Assembly: GCA_964348395.1 (NCBI GenBank)
Contig: CAYGCK010000001.1
Coordinates: forward strand, 21,018-85,017
From: an uncultured Candidatus Saccharibacteria bacterium
GTDB taxonomy: Bacteria; Patescibacteriota; WWE3; 9FT-COMBO-53-11
Direction of reading: 5' to 3'
Length of the DNA stretch: 64,000 nt
Part shown: positions 37,923-47,112 of the stretch, in pieces
Position numbering within the stretch: the first letter of the stretch is position 1
Layout of the letters: every line of letters begins with the position of its first letter
Translations under genes and position numbers: made by a program
The notes under the pieces: generated by a model
What the model was told of the DNA's origin: nothing
Seen by the model: the letters and a program-made list of their open reading frames with translations, nothing else
The model's database searches: none

Positions 37923-38054
37923 TATATCGCTCGGTTCTCCCACACTTATCGTTGATGCTCGCCCCTTACGGGTCGCGGCTGTCTTAAGCGCAGGTGCTTT
38001 AAGACCCACGCCGCTCTCGCAAAGCAACGTCTGCGTTTAGTGAAAACCTCGCTT

Positions 38055-38330
38055 TTACAGGATTCTAAACTTAATCTCCTCCACCGCGCGAGCGGGAAGC
38101 TGCTCGTTTATCACCTTCTTGAGTTCTCTTGCTTTCAAAAAAAGCTCTTGTGAGTGTGTGGGAGAGGGGGAAGCTAAGACGAGTCTGCCGTCTTTGAACG
38201 AGACCATTTCTGCCCACTTTGGAAGTATTCTTTTGCAGATGGCTTCTACCTTAAGAGCCAGAGCGACTCCTCTTATGGGGCTTCTGCGAAGCGACGTGTC
38301 CAGGGTATCTTTGAGCGGCTCGAATGTCAT
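38055..38330 (-). CDS. DUF721 (DciA-like) small protein
   Basis: W-x-E ... DGRLVLASPSPTHSQELFLKARELKKVIN fits the DUF721 pattern; 4-nt overlap with the preceding ATPase ORF. Confidence 0.45.
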   Translation of the reverse strand: MTFEPLKDTLDTSLRRSPIRGVALALKVEAICKRILPKWAEMVSFKDGRLVLASPSPTHSQELFLKARELKKVINEQLPARAVEEIKFRIL

Positions 38331-40357
38331 TTTTTAGGGCTTTCCTCGGGAGGAGTCGGAGGAGCTGGTGGTTTTGGCGGTTTTGGTTCCCCTCTTTCCT
38401 CCGTCGGTAACCCCCGCTCTTGTGCCTCTTGCTCGAGTTTCTCTTTGATAGCCAGGATTTCCTTGGGTGAAGAGGTTGCTAAGGGATGTTCGTCTGCTGA
38501 GGCGACGACCTGCATGGCGACGTGGTTTGGGCCGGCGAAGAAAAGACCTTCCCCGACGTTGGCTGACAAAAGGAGATGTTTCTCCCCTTCTGATAAGTAG
38601 AAGACCTTGGCTATCTCGTCTATCGCCGCAGGGTGCTGCTTTAGAAGAATTTGAATCGAGGAGTTTGTGACTATCGCCTTACCGTAATCCGAGCGCAAGA
38701 AATCGGCGACGTCTTGGGTGATGGTTGTTAAGCCCAGGTAATACTTGCGAGCGCGTTTGGCAATTGAGTACATAAAGGTCGCAGAGTCGGGGTGTTGCAT
38801 CAGATACCAAGCCTCGTCCACGATCAAAATTCTCTTTTTTAGTTCTCGCCGGATTCTATTCCAAATAAAGTCCAAAATTATATACATCGCGACCGGCCTA
38901 ACCTTCTCCTCCAGGTCTCGGGTGGAGAAAACGGTAAAGGTGTTCTTGATATCCACCGTTGACGGTTGGTCGAAAATACCCGCCAAGGATCCGGTGACAT
39001 ACTGCTCCAGCCGGTCGGCCAGGGGCTTACCTTCCTCTGATGCCTTTAGAACCTCGTAAAGGTCGCTCATTACAGGAGCGGGGTTGCTGTGAGTCGCAGG
39101 ATCCTGGGTAATCCCTTTCTTTGCGTAGGTTTCCAAGAGCGCTCGGTCCAGCAACGCGTCTTCCGAGGGGGAGAGGCTTCCCATCACAATCTTGAAAAGC
39201 GTGTGAAGCGAGAGGATTTTAAGGGCGAGTTCGTTCGCCCCCTCCTCGTAGGTTCCGGACAAGTCAAAAGGATTTATCTTGGCCGGGGAGGTTGGCGAGA
39301 AGGTGATGAAGTCTCCCCCAATGGCGCCGGCCAACTGCTCGTACTCTTTCTCAGGGTCGATTACCATGATTTCCGTCCCAAACATCAAGGAGCGCACCGC
39401 CTCGAGCTTAACCATATAGGATTTGCCGGCCCCGGACTTGGCAAAGACGACCGAGTTGGCGTTCTCGAGCGAGAACCGGTCGAAGATTATGAGGGAGCCG
39501 TTGTGCTCGTTAATACCGTAAAGAATTCCTTCGTTTGCGGTAAGCTCCGAGGAGGTTAGAGGAAAGGTGGTCGCAAGAGAGGTCGTGTCCATGTTTCGCA
39601 TTATCTTGATTTTGTCTTGACAGGTCGGGATGGTCGACTGGAAGGCCTCCTCCATACGAAGCGTCGTGTGCTTGGAGAGAAGAAGAAGCGAACCCAAGGT
39701 TGACTCAACTTTTTTGGTCACCGCTTCCAATTCTTCCAAGGAATCAGCGGCCACTGTTATGTAGAAGGAGAATTGGAAGAAGCGTTCGGTCCCTTTGACA
39801 AGCTGCTCTTGGAGGGTTTTCGCGTCCTCCAAGGCGGCCTCGACCGCCGGATCCACAACCCGTCCCGTCTTTTCCGACTCCTTTATGGTAGCCTCAAGCT
39901 CGGCTATTTTTCTCCTAAGATCGCTCAAAACCCCTCGGGACTCAACCGGGTAATAGAACATGGAGATGGTTAGGGTATGCGGGAAATTGATGAGTGGGGA
40001 GAGCCAGTTTGCTCCGACAAATCTGGGGTAGCCGGAGACGAATATGGTGCGCACAAATGTCTCTCCGATTTTAAGGTGGTTGAAGTCGACGTCCAAGGAC
40101 GGGGGCGCAATAATATCTTGAACCGTAACCTGGCCGGCGGCTATGGTTTGAGCCAACTCGTCCATGCTTCGGACTCCCACCCCGCCGGTGGGCTGCACGG
40201 CCGGCGTTGGGGAAGCCGGAGGCAAGGACGGGGACTGGGGCGCTGCTGGCGGCGGGGTCTGGGGCGGGACCGCGGCTCCTCCCGCTGCAACTTGAGGAGC
40301 GGGCGGCGCTCCTTCGGGCATTTGGTTTTGTGGGTTTTGTGGTGTTTGAAACTCCAC
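38327..40357 (-). CDS. VirB4/TrbE/CagE-family type IV secretion ATPase, C-terminal ATPase part
   Basis: Walker A VVFAKSGAGKSYMV and Walker B RILIVDEAWYLM. GTG start 2 nt after the upstream stop, with GGAGG 9 nt upstream. About 60-aa Pro/Ala/Gln-rich N-terminal linker. Confidence 0.75.
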   Translation of the reverse strand: MEFQTPQNPQNQMPEGAPPAPQVAAGGAAVPPQTPPPAAPQSPSLPPASPTPAVQPTGGVGVRSMDELAQTIAAGQVTVQDIIAPPSLDVDFNHLKIGETFVRTIFVSGYPRFVGANWLSPLINFPHTLTISMFYYPVESRGVLSDLRRKIAELEATIKESEKTGRVVDPAVEAALEDAKTLQEQLVKGTERFFQFSFYITVAADSLEELEAVTKKVESTLGSLLLLSKHTTLRMEEAFQSTIPTCQDKIKIMRNMDTTSLATTFPLTSSELTANEGILYGINEHNGSLIIFDRFSLENANSVVFAKSGAGKSYMVKLEAVRSLMFGTEIMVIDPEKEYEQLAGAIGGDFITFSPTSPAKINPFDLSGTYEEGANELALKILSLHTLFKIVMGSLSPSEDALLDRALLETYAKKGITQDPATHSNPAPVMSDLYEVLKASEEGKPLADRLEQYVTGSLAGIFDQPSTVDIKNTFTVFSTRDLEEKVRPVAMYIILDFIWNRIRRELKKRILIVDEAWYLMQHPDSATFMYSIAKRARKYYLGLTTITQDVADFLRSDYGKAIVTNSSIQILLKQHPAAIDEIAKVFYLSEGEKHLLLSANVGEGLFFAGPNHVAMQVVASADEHPLATSSPKEILAIKEKLEQEAQERGLPTEERGEPKPPKPPAPPTPPEESPKK

Positions 40358-40359
40358 GA

Positions 40360-41076
40360 CTATTGGCCTCCTTCGACCGCCGGTTGAACAAACGTAGAGG
40401 TGTAGTTCCCGGCTCCTCCTGCAATATGTTGCACCCTCGCCTGCTCTGGATTATATATCTCGTAGAAAAGTTCGATCAGCTCTGGAGTTGTGAGTTGACG
40501 CGCCTTGATCCCTAAACGCTCCAGCTGTTTTGTGACGTGGTCTCGCTTGGGTTCAAGATCGGTTTTTGCCTGTTCTATGACCTGGGATTTATTGACCCGC
40601 GGCGCTTTGGGTTTTCGGCCAAACAGGAAATCCAAAATTCCCGGTTTTGGCAACGTCACCGCTCCGTAGTAGGGTATGGCGATATAGAACCTCTTGTCCA
40701 AGACTTCACCCTTTTGAACCAAAGACACGATGAACTCCTTGTAGGAGTCTATCCTTTCTCTGAGGTATGGGTTGGCTTGGGAAGCGGTGCCTTGGGCTTG
40801 CTCGTCGACCCACCGCAGGTAGTTTGATATATCAAGCTTTCGCGAGCGAATGACTATCTGTAAAGGGAAAGACAGTGAGTTTAGCATAGAGGAGTAGGCC
40901 GCGATCATCGAATCCTGCTCTTTTTCCGAAAGAAGATCGAAGTTGACAGAGGTCGCCTCCAAGACCAGGGCAGCTCCCCCGTTTTTAAGGATTACCAAAT
41001 CCTCGTGTATGTCGAGGATGTCGAGGTGTTCTTGGGTCGAGGCTTGTTTTGGTGTTTGCGGTTTTCCTAAGGCCAT
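40360..41076 (-). CDS. VirB4 N-terminal-domain-like protein (split from the ATPase ORF)
   Basis: GAALVLEATSVNFDLLSEKEQDSMIAAYSSMLNSLSFPLQIVIRS resembles the N-terminal CagE/TrbE/VirB4 region. TAATG overlap with the upstream gene. Confidence 0.5.
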   Translation of the reverse strand: MALGKPQTPKQASTQEHLDILDIHEDLVILKNGGAALVLEATSVNFDLLSEKEQDSMIAAYSSMLNSLSFPLQIVIRSRKLDISNYLRWVDEQAQGTASQANPYLRERIDSYKEFIVSLVQKGEVLDKRFYIAIPYYGAVTLPKPGILDFLFGRKPKAPRVNKSQVIEQAKTDLEPKRDHVTKQLERLGIKARQLTTPELIELFYEIYNPEQARVQHIAGGAGNYTSTFVQPAVEGGQ

Positions 41077-42530
41077 TATCCTTTGGGTTTGATCTCCAAC
41101 TCCTCTACTTTCTCTCCTGTAAGCTCAAGTTTTATTGTATCAAAGGGTTGGGGAGCCTTCGGTATCTCTAAAGTGTAAGTTCCATTGGGCAAGGAGGCGG
41201 TGGCGAACTTCCCAAGCTCGTTGGTTCGCGTCGCTCGAACCACATTTCCTTTGGCGTCTTTTATTACGACGAGGGTCTGGGACAACACCCCGCCTCCTGA
41301 GTCGTGTACGACTCCCTCTATGGCGTTTGCCTGCTCCCCAGTTTTGGGCGCAGGTTTTTTGTCCACTTTGGGGGCAACCTTTTTTACCGTCGGCAAGGGA
41401 GACGGCGGAGGAGGTGGCGGCGGAGCTGAGGGCTCCTCAACCTTCTCCTCCTTAGCCGGTTCGGGTTTTGGTTGGGGTGGGGGCGGTGGAGGAGCTTTGC
41501 CCTCCTCTTTTATGGTGACCTCCTCGGGAGGTGGAAGCGGTATCTCCTTGGGGGGTGGGGTGGGTGGAGGCTCGGGTTTTGCAGGCGGCGCCTCGGGCGC
41601 CGGCGGAGCCGGCTCGGGCTCCTGTGCTACTGGTTGGATAGGCGTGGGGGGGAGCTGCGGAGCCCCTGGGAGTTCGGGCTCAAGAATTCGTTCCCTCGCC
41701 GGGGCATAGACCGCCTCTCCCGATATAGCAATCGGGGTTAGACGCCTACCGACCCTGACGTTTTTTCGGGTTGTGAAGTAGCTTGCCGCCTCTCCGCGCT
41801 GGACCTTGTAGACCTTCTCTGCTGCCCAGTTTATCGGCGAGGCCAAGGACGGTCTTTTCTGGATTTTCTGTACCTCGATAAAGCGAAGCTCGGGCAAAGT
41901 GGGCGCCGGCGGTGCGGGCTTCTCCTCTGGGAGGAGGGGGGCTTCGGGGGGTTTGACGGCTTCTTTGGGAGGAGCTCCGGGGGTTGGAGGCGGTGTGGGT
42001 AAAGCAGGAGGTGCTTTGGGAGCGGTGATCTGCCGCGCCAAGACATTTATGGACTGAAGATACTGCTTCTCCTCCAGATCCAAAGGGCTAATTTCCCCTT
42101 CCTTCTCGCGGACCGCCTCAAGGTAGGTCTGCAACCGCCGCTCCGCTTCCTCTTTGGAGACTCCGGGCGCCGTCTCGGCGGCGATTTTGGGGATTTCCAG
42201 GGTTAAAAACTCGGGAGGTTCCTTGCTTTGCACCCAGACTCGGCGGGTCGGCGCGTAGACCGCTCTCAAAAACGACATCAACCATTGGTCGAGAGGTTGG
42301 TCTTGAACCGGAACAAAGGCCAGACCGACGCCGATAAGGAGAGCGCCTATTGAGAGAAGTAGCCGTATGGGAAGGAATAACCCAGAGGAAAAAATTGCGA
42401 AAGCTAGGACTCCGGCTATTGCCAGAAAGACAAACTGGCGGATAGTAAAGTCGCCTATGAGCTTGAACTGGACCCCAAAAACCTCCTGCGGGACCGGGTG
42501 TTGTTTTCGTGCTTGCGGTTCTTCGGGCAT
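41076..42530 (-). CDS. VirB3/PrgI-like 2-TM protein with long Pro-rich spacer and C-terminal beta-sandwich (CarboxypepD_reg/Cna-B-like) domain
   Basis: N-terminal FGVQFKLIGDFTIRQFVFLAIAGVLAFAIF plus a second TM; about 250 aa of PxxP repeats; C-terminal GVVHDSGGGVLSQTLVVIKDAKGNVVRATRTNELGKFATASLPNGTYTLEI. Confidence 0.4.
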   Translation of the reverse strand: MPEEPQARKQHPVPQEVFGVQFKLIGDFTIRQFVFLAIAGVLAFAIFSSGLFLPIRLLLSIGALLIGVGLAFVPVQDQPLDQWLMSFLRAVYAPTRRVWVQSKEPPEFLTLEIPKIAAETAPGVSKEEAERRLQTYLEAVREKEGEISPLDLEEKQYLQSINVLARQITAPKAPPALPTPPPTPGAPPKEAVKPPEAPLLPEEKPAPPAPTLPELRFIEVQKIQKRPSLASPINWAAEKVYKVQRGEAASYFTTRKNVRVGRRLTPIAISGEAVYAPARERILEPELPGAPQLPPTPIQPVAQEPEPAPPAPEAPPAKPEPPPTPPPKEIPLPPPEEVTIKEEGKAPPPPPPQPKPEPAKEEKVEEPSAPPPPPPPSPLPTVKKVAPKVDKKPAPKTGEQANAIEGVVHDSGGGVLSQTLVVIKDAKGNVVRATRTNELGKFATASLPNGTYTLEIPKAPQPFDTIKLELTGEKVEELEIKPKG

Positions 42531-42589
42531 ACCCTAACAAAAGCGTATCAAATTCCAGGTTCGCTCTGGAAACGCCCTATTGCCAAGAA

Positions 42590-42618
42590 CACCACCTCGT
42601 GCTATCCTATAGTTAAGC
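42590..42618 (+). promoter_or_regulatory. candidate promoter TTGCCA-N17-TATCCT
   Basis: Precedes SD AAAGGAGGAAG and ATG 42663. Confidence 0.4.
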
Positions 42619-42662
42619 ACCTATCCAGATAAATAAATCCTGACGAAAGGAGGAAGTATCCA

Positions 42663-43109
42663 ATGTTCGTGATCGACTTTATGTCCCGAGCATGGCCTTA
42701 CCCGGCTTTGGCTCTGGCACTCGCCGCGATTGTGGCCTTCGCGCTGGCGCACCGCCCCTTCCGGCAAGGCGTTTGGTCGCTGATCGAGCGATTCGCCGGT
42801 TGGTTGCAGACCAACACCCCTAAAGCAGGGGGTATGGTTTGGACTCTCGGCGGCAAGGGACTGGGAGGACTGGCTAAGATAGTAGTCTGGGTCCTCTCCA
42901 AAGCCGGAGTTGTGATCCTGCTTCTCTTTCTCCTAGGCATCCTTGGGATTGCTTGGCAGATAGGGAACTTCGGTTTTCAGGTGGGGGTCCAGTACGAAGG
43001 AGACGCATTCACGACCTTCTTCAAGTGGTCTGCTTTAGCGTTTGCTCTGCTCCTGGGAGGTATAGTCTTGATCCCTCTCTTTGCGACGCTAAAGAAGCTG
43101 GTGAGCTAG
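42663..43109 (+). CDS. membrane protein (4 TM), unknown function, embedded in the T4SS-like island on the opposite strand
   Basis: Good SD; 148 aa. Confidence 0.45.
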   Translation: MFVIDFMSRAWPYPALALALAAIVAFALAHRPFRQGVWSLIERFAGWLQTNTPKAGGMVWTLGGKGLGGLAKIVVWVLSKAGVVILLLFLLGILGIAWQIGNFGFQVGVQYEGDAFTTFFKWSALAFALLLGGIVLIPLFATLKKLVS

Positions 43110-43129
43110 AGAGTGTGGGAGGTGCAACG

Positions 43130-43177
43130 GCCCTGGGTTTACGTCTTTTTAAGACGAGCCCGGGGCTTACTTTTTGC
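43130..43177 (+). terminator. compound hairpin followed by T-run (terminator between convergent genes)
   Basis: Outer stem GCCCTGGG / CCCGGGGC enclosing CGTCTT-TTT-AAGACG, then TTACTTTTTG. Confidence 0.4.
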
Positions 43178-44408
43178 CGAACATACCCTTAATATCTAGG
43201 GCGTCTTCGACCATTGATGGGGCTTTGAAGGCGGCGGCGATCATTATTAAAGCCAGTACTCCCCCTATAACTCCTTGCGCTCCGAAAACCCCGCCGGCTA
43301 AGTCCCCGTAAGTTCCGCTTATTACGTTTTGTATCCTTTCTGTCGCGCTGGCGGCAGTGCCGACTGCTAACCCTACACCCAGGTAAAGGAAGAACAAGAC
43401 TACCGGGAATACCAAAGTCTTAGCGGTAACGTTTTTAAAGAAGTTTGTTATCGATCCCTCCTGACCGGGTAAAGAGCCAAAGAGGAGAAGTATCGGGGAG
43501 AAAACGGTGTAGATAAGGATGTAGCCGTAAGCTATTAAGACTCTTATGAAGGTCAACCCCAAAAGTACCACGGCCGCGACAGCAAAAATTGCCAGAAGAA
43601 CCAGCGATGAAAGCGCGCTTTGCACCTCGGCCAAACCTTCGAGCCCTCCTAAGAAAACTCCGGTTATCATAGCAGGAGCGGGAGAAAGAGACGCTGCTAT
43701 CGAGCCAGCTCCACCCACAAGGTCAGCGGTTATAGTGCCAAAGGCCTCGGAAATGGCCGTGAGAACTAGATTACTAGTGAAAACCGCGCCGACGTCGATG
43801 ATAAGAGCGATAATAGGGTACGAGAAGGTTATGAGAACCAATCCCAGCAGTATTTTGGGAAGAGCATTGGTGAAAGTTACGACGACTCTGGGAGAAATTT
43901 CCTTTTGCAGGATAATCATAAGGCCGATCACGACCACCACTATCACAAAAAGCCCGTACGCCACGTTTCTCATCCCGCTCCAAACCTCTCGAATGGGGGT
44001 GAGAGCTCCCTGTCCCAAAGTTTCCTGAGCTCTTACTGGGGTATTAAGGAGGTTATCGGCGAGCTCTCCTCGCACGTACTCGCCCAAATCCACAGGCGGA
44101 AAAGTATAGGCCAGTCCCCCCATCCGACCGACAGCCGCCACCAGACCTTGGTCCCAATCCCCACGAACCATCTTATTGATATCCCCGATACTAACCTCGT
44201 CGAAATCTTCCCCAACAGTGGTATAGGAAACGAAGTTCATAGCGGATACGCCGGCGGCGCGGACGGTGCAGTTTATATTAGTAATACACTTAGCTTTTTC
44301 CCACAGGTCGTCAAAAGGCCAAAGGTCAATGGCGTGTGCCGGAGCGGCTTTAAAGCCAAAGAGGGCGAGAGTTATTAAAGGTATCAGGAGAAGTTTAAGC
44401 TTCTTCAC
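43167..44408 (-). CDS. VirB6/TrbL-like polytopic membrane protein with signal peptide and periplasmic N-domain
   Basis: GTG start; signal peptide; about 110-aa exported domain; 6-7 TM helices. Assignment rests on topology and context, not on a motif. Confidence 0.35.
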   Translation of the reverse strand: MKKLKLLLIPLITLALFGFKAAPAHAIDLWPFDDLWEKAKCITNINCTVRAAGVSAMNFVSYTTVGEDFDEVSIGDINKMVRGDWDQGLVAAVGRMGGLAYTFPPVDLGEYVRGELADNLLNTPVRAQETLGQGALTPIREVWSGMRNVAYGLFVIVVVVIGLMIILQKEISPRVVVTFTNALPKILLGLVLITFSYPIIALIIDVGAVFTSNLVLTAISEAFGTITADLVGGAGSIAASLSPAPAMITGVFLGGLEGLAEVQSALSSLVLLAIFAVAAVVLLGLTFIRVLIAYGYILIYTVFSPILLLFGSLPGQEGSITNFFKNVTAKTLVFPVVLFFLYLGVGLAVGTAASATERIQNVISGTYGDLAGGVFGAQGVIGGVLALIMIAAAFKAPSMVEDALDIKGMFGKK

Positions 44409-44481
44409 TACGGAACCATTGTATCAAATTAATTTAGAAACTAATTCAACAAATTGATTCGAGAATGCTACCATTTATCCG

Positions 44482-46422
44482 ATGGCGGTTTTCCAGAACA
44501 TCTTTAGCTTCTTTATGCCCGGTAGGCGCCCCGCCTCTCCTGATGGAGGCGGAGGTCCCACGGATCCGGCTGCTATGCAGCGCACGTTGGGCACGATCGA
44601 AGCAACGCTTAGGGAATATGATGTTTCGGAGGGGATAATCGCAAATGTTAGACAAGATTTTATAACGGCTTTTAACGCGGGGACGGCTCCGGTCACTTCT
44701 CTACCTGGTGTGCCCGGCGCAGCGATTTCTAACCTCCGCGTCAATCTTTACAACCTCGCCACTGCCCCGAGTAAGGTCACGGATTCGTGGCAGAAGACTC
44801 TAAGGAATACTCTCAACCAAAACCTTATCACCAGACACTTGGAGGACAAGCTCGTTGTCGAACAGGTATTGGGCGCTCTAGGTGGGGAGCTTGTCGGCGC
44901 CGATATCAGAAACGCCTTTTCCGCTTGGGTTTACCAGACGGATAGCAGATCAGACCGTATAGAGAAAGCAATGGAGATTGGGGAAAAGCTCGAAACCTCC
45001 CTCGATGCAAGAAGATCCGCGCTTCAAGAGCAATTGGAGGCCGAGTTGAGTCGATTATCCGACCCCGCCCATGTGCGCGTTCGCCTCGAGGAACTTAAAA
45101 ATCAAGGGGTAAAGACGATTAATGGAGTAGATGTGGAACAGGCTTATCGTGGAGCTCTTTTTGCCGAGTTAAAACTAAAAGACCATCAAAGCAACTACCA
45201 AAAAGCGCTTAGCGACGCTGCCGCCTTTGAATCTAGAGGAGATACAAAGCGAGCCGCATCGATGCGGGCTAACGCGGAGTTTATCCAAAAAAATTTGAAC
45301 AAGGATTTAGGCCGATGGCAGTCGACGTCCAAAGGCTACAGACAGACCTGGATCGGCGAAGCCGCCTCCTCGATACAGGCTCGAGCAGCTGCTCTTGAAG
45401 CAAGCTACAAACAACTATCCACTTATCTGAGAAACAGGAACATCCGTTATGGCGTTCACAACTTTTTAACAACCCTGCGCAAAGATGGGGTCGGTGGAGT
45501 GTTTCGGGAGTATGCTTGGAAGAGCTTCACAAAGAGATTGGGAAGCCTCTACCCGCCAAACGCTATAAGGGCGTTTCTGAAAAAAACCCCCATACTTAAG
45601 CCTTTGCAGATAGTGAACCAATGGAGAGCTCAGCTGACCTCGTTAGCCCTAAAAGGAATCACGCAGTTAGCTCGGAAACTGGGGTTGGGGAGGATCTTAG
45701 GTGCTGCGCTTGGCTCTGCGCTTCCCGGTGCTGGAACTGCCTTAGGGGCCGTTTTAGGAGCTGTTATTCAGTTCGCTGGAGAAGTGGTTATTGAAAAGCT
45801 GGGCGGGGTGCTTAAACTTGTGGGGTATACAATTGCGGGGGCTATGGGGTGTGTAATGCTCGTTTTGGTAGGGTTTGTGATTCTTGTTTCCATTATCCTA
45901 AGCGACTATTCTGCCGCCGAGGGGATTGACTGTGATCAGACCGCAACCGCCACCGACGCGTGCGTCGCCTCCAAAGCCGCGGTCAAAAACATTGCGGACA
46001 ACTGGGGCGTAGGGCCCGGGAACCACGTGGAGGAGTGCTACAACGACGTAATCGCCAAATCCAAGGAGGTTGGGGTGGACCCTCGAATCTCTATGACGAT
46101 CTGGCTAAACGAAAGTAACGCCTCAAACTACGAGCTTTATAAGCGGTTGGGTGAACCGCCTCAGGATTTTGGTATCCCCGCTCGCGCCGGCGACGGATTC
46201 ACCGCCCAGATAACCACCTTTCTCAACTTCTACAAAAGCAGCCATCAAACTTATGCGTCGTGCTATCAGGGTTACAGCGACGCGGAGGGTTTCTTTAGAG
46301 CGTTTTGTACCGCGGGGCGGGAAGAGTTTGGGGTGGGACAGTGCCCTAACCTCACCGGAGAAGGTGAGGATTGTGTGGATATCTATACGGGGGTTTATAG
46401 TTCGATTAACAGGTGCCAGTAA
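44482..46422 (+). CDS. large coiled-coil membrane protein with Cys-rich extracytoplasmic C-terminal domain (possible SLT-like lytic transglycosylase motif)
   Basis: No signal peptide; about 430 aa helical; 2 TM helices near 440-480. The C-terminus AKSKEVGVDPRISMTIWLNESNAS resembles the SLT catalytic E-S region, weakly. Confidence 0.45.
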   Translation: MAVFQNIFSFFMPGRRPASPDGGGGPTDPAAMQRTLGTIEATLREYDVSEGIIANVRQDFITAFNAGTAPVTSLPGVPGAAISNLRVNLYNLATAPSKVTDSWQKTLRNTLNQNLITRHLEDKLVVEQVLGALGGELVGADIRNAFSAWVYQTDSRSDRIEKAMEIGEKLETSLDARRSALQEQLEAELSRLSDPAHVRVRLEELKNQGVKTINGVDVEQAYRGALFAELKLKDHQSNYQKALSDAAAFESRGDTKRAASMRANAEFIQKNLNKDLGRWQSTSKGYRQTWIGEAASSIQARAAALEASYKQLSTYLRNRNIRYGVHNFLTTLRKDGVGGVFREYAWKSFTKRLGSLYPPNAIRAFLKKTPILKPLQIVNQWRAQLTSLALKGITQLARKLGLGRILGAALGSALPGAGTALGAVLGAVIQFAGEVVIEKLGGVLKLVGYTIAGAMGCVMLVLVGFVILVSIILSDYSAAEGIDCDQTATATDACVASKAAVKNIADNWGVGPGNHVEECYNDVIAKSKEVGVDPRISMTIWLNESNASNYELYKRLGEPPQDFGIPARAGDGFTAQITTFLNFYKSSHQTYASCYQGYSDAEGFFRAFCTAGREEFGVGQCPNLTGEGEDCVDIYTGVYSSINRCQ

Positions 46423-46425
46423 GGG

Positions 46426-47112
46426 TCAGTCGATCAAAAAATAGTAGCTGTATTCGTTTAAGTCAACTCCGATTGCTTCCAAATCCCCAAGAGCTCTGTT
46501 TTTAGCCGCTTCTACCTCCGCTCCCAGAGCGTTTTCTCCAAGAGTTAGGCGGATTCGGAATGCCTCTTTTTCAAAGTTGTAGACGATAACATACTCGTTG
46601 GTTTCTATAGGGATGCTCGCGTACCAAGGATAGGTTTTATAGAAATCTTTTTCGGCCTCGGCGACCAAGAAGTCGTCCGCCGCCTGCTGTCGGGCTTCCT
46701 CTTCTATTTGTTCCTTGGCTTTGTCCGTCGTTTTAAAAGAAAATGAATAGATCTCCTTCTGCTTGTAAAGGACGGCTACGGTGTAGGTTGTTGCGCTCTC
46801 CAATCCCTGGTCGATGGTTACCTGGAGGGTATTTGCGGAACTCCAGGTGGCGGAGGAGTCCGTCTCTGGATTGATTACCACAGCGACGTCGCTTTGGACG
46901 GCCCCATCCAACTCTTCTTGGAACGTTATCTCCAACGGGAGAATACCGAGTACCCCTTCTTCGTTGTCCTGGGGAATTGTTGAGGCGACAGCTGGCATAA
47001 GCTCGGGCTCTCTTATTAACAAGATCCCTACGATGAGCATAGCAATCAAACCCACTATCAAAATAATTGCGGTTATGGTTATAGTCCTTGGGGAGATATC
47101 TTCTAATTTCAT
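46426..47112 (-). CDS. N-terminally anchored hypothetical protein, last gene of the pilin operon
   Basis: ATGA overlap with the CHAP gene; single TM. Confidence 0.45.
   Translation of the reverse strand: MKLEDISPRTITITAIILIVGLIAMLIVGILLIREPELMPAVASTIPQDNEEGVLGILPLEITFQEELDGAVQSDVAVVINPETDSSATWSSANTLQVTIDQGLESATTYTVAVLYKQKEIYSFSFKTTDKAKEQIEEEARQQAADDFLVAEAEKDFYKTYPWYASIPIETNEYVIVYNFEKEAFRIRLTLGENALGAEVEAAKNRALGDLEAIGVDLNEYSYYFLID

Noticed and set aside
38327-41076. Possibility that the two VirB4 ORFs are one frame interrupted by an in-frame TAG (stop-codon readthrough).
   Set aside because: On recount, the GTG at 40357 is offset by 2 nt from the frame of the TAG at 40360-40362. The ORFs are therefore in different frames. 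It is treated as a split or frameshifted gene instead.
41135-41741. Gly-rich plus-strand ORFs (41185-41709 and neighbours), and similar ORFs antisense to other Pro-rich genes (30474-31113).
   Set aside because: Complement strand of Pro-rich coding sequence (CCN codons read as GGN). Low-complexity artefacts.
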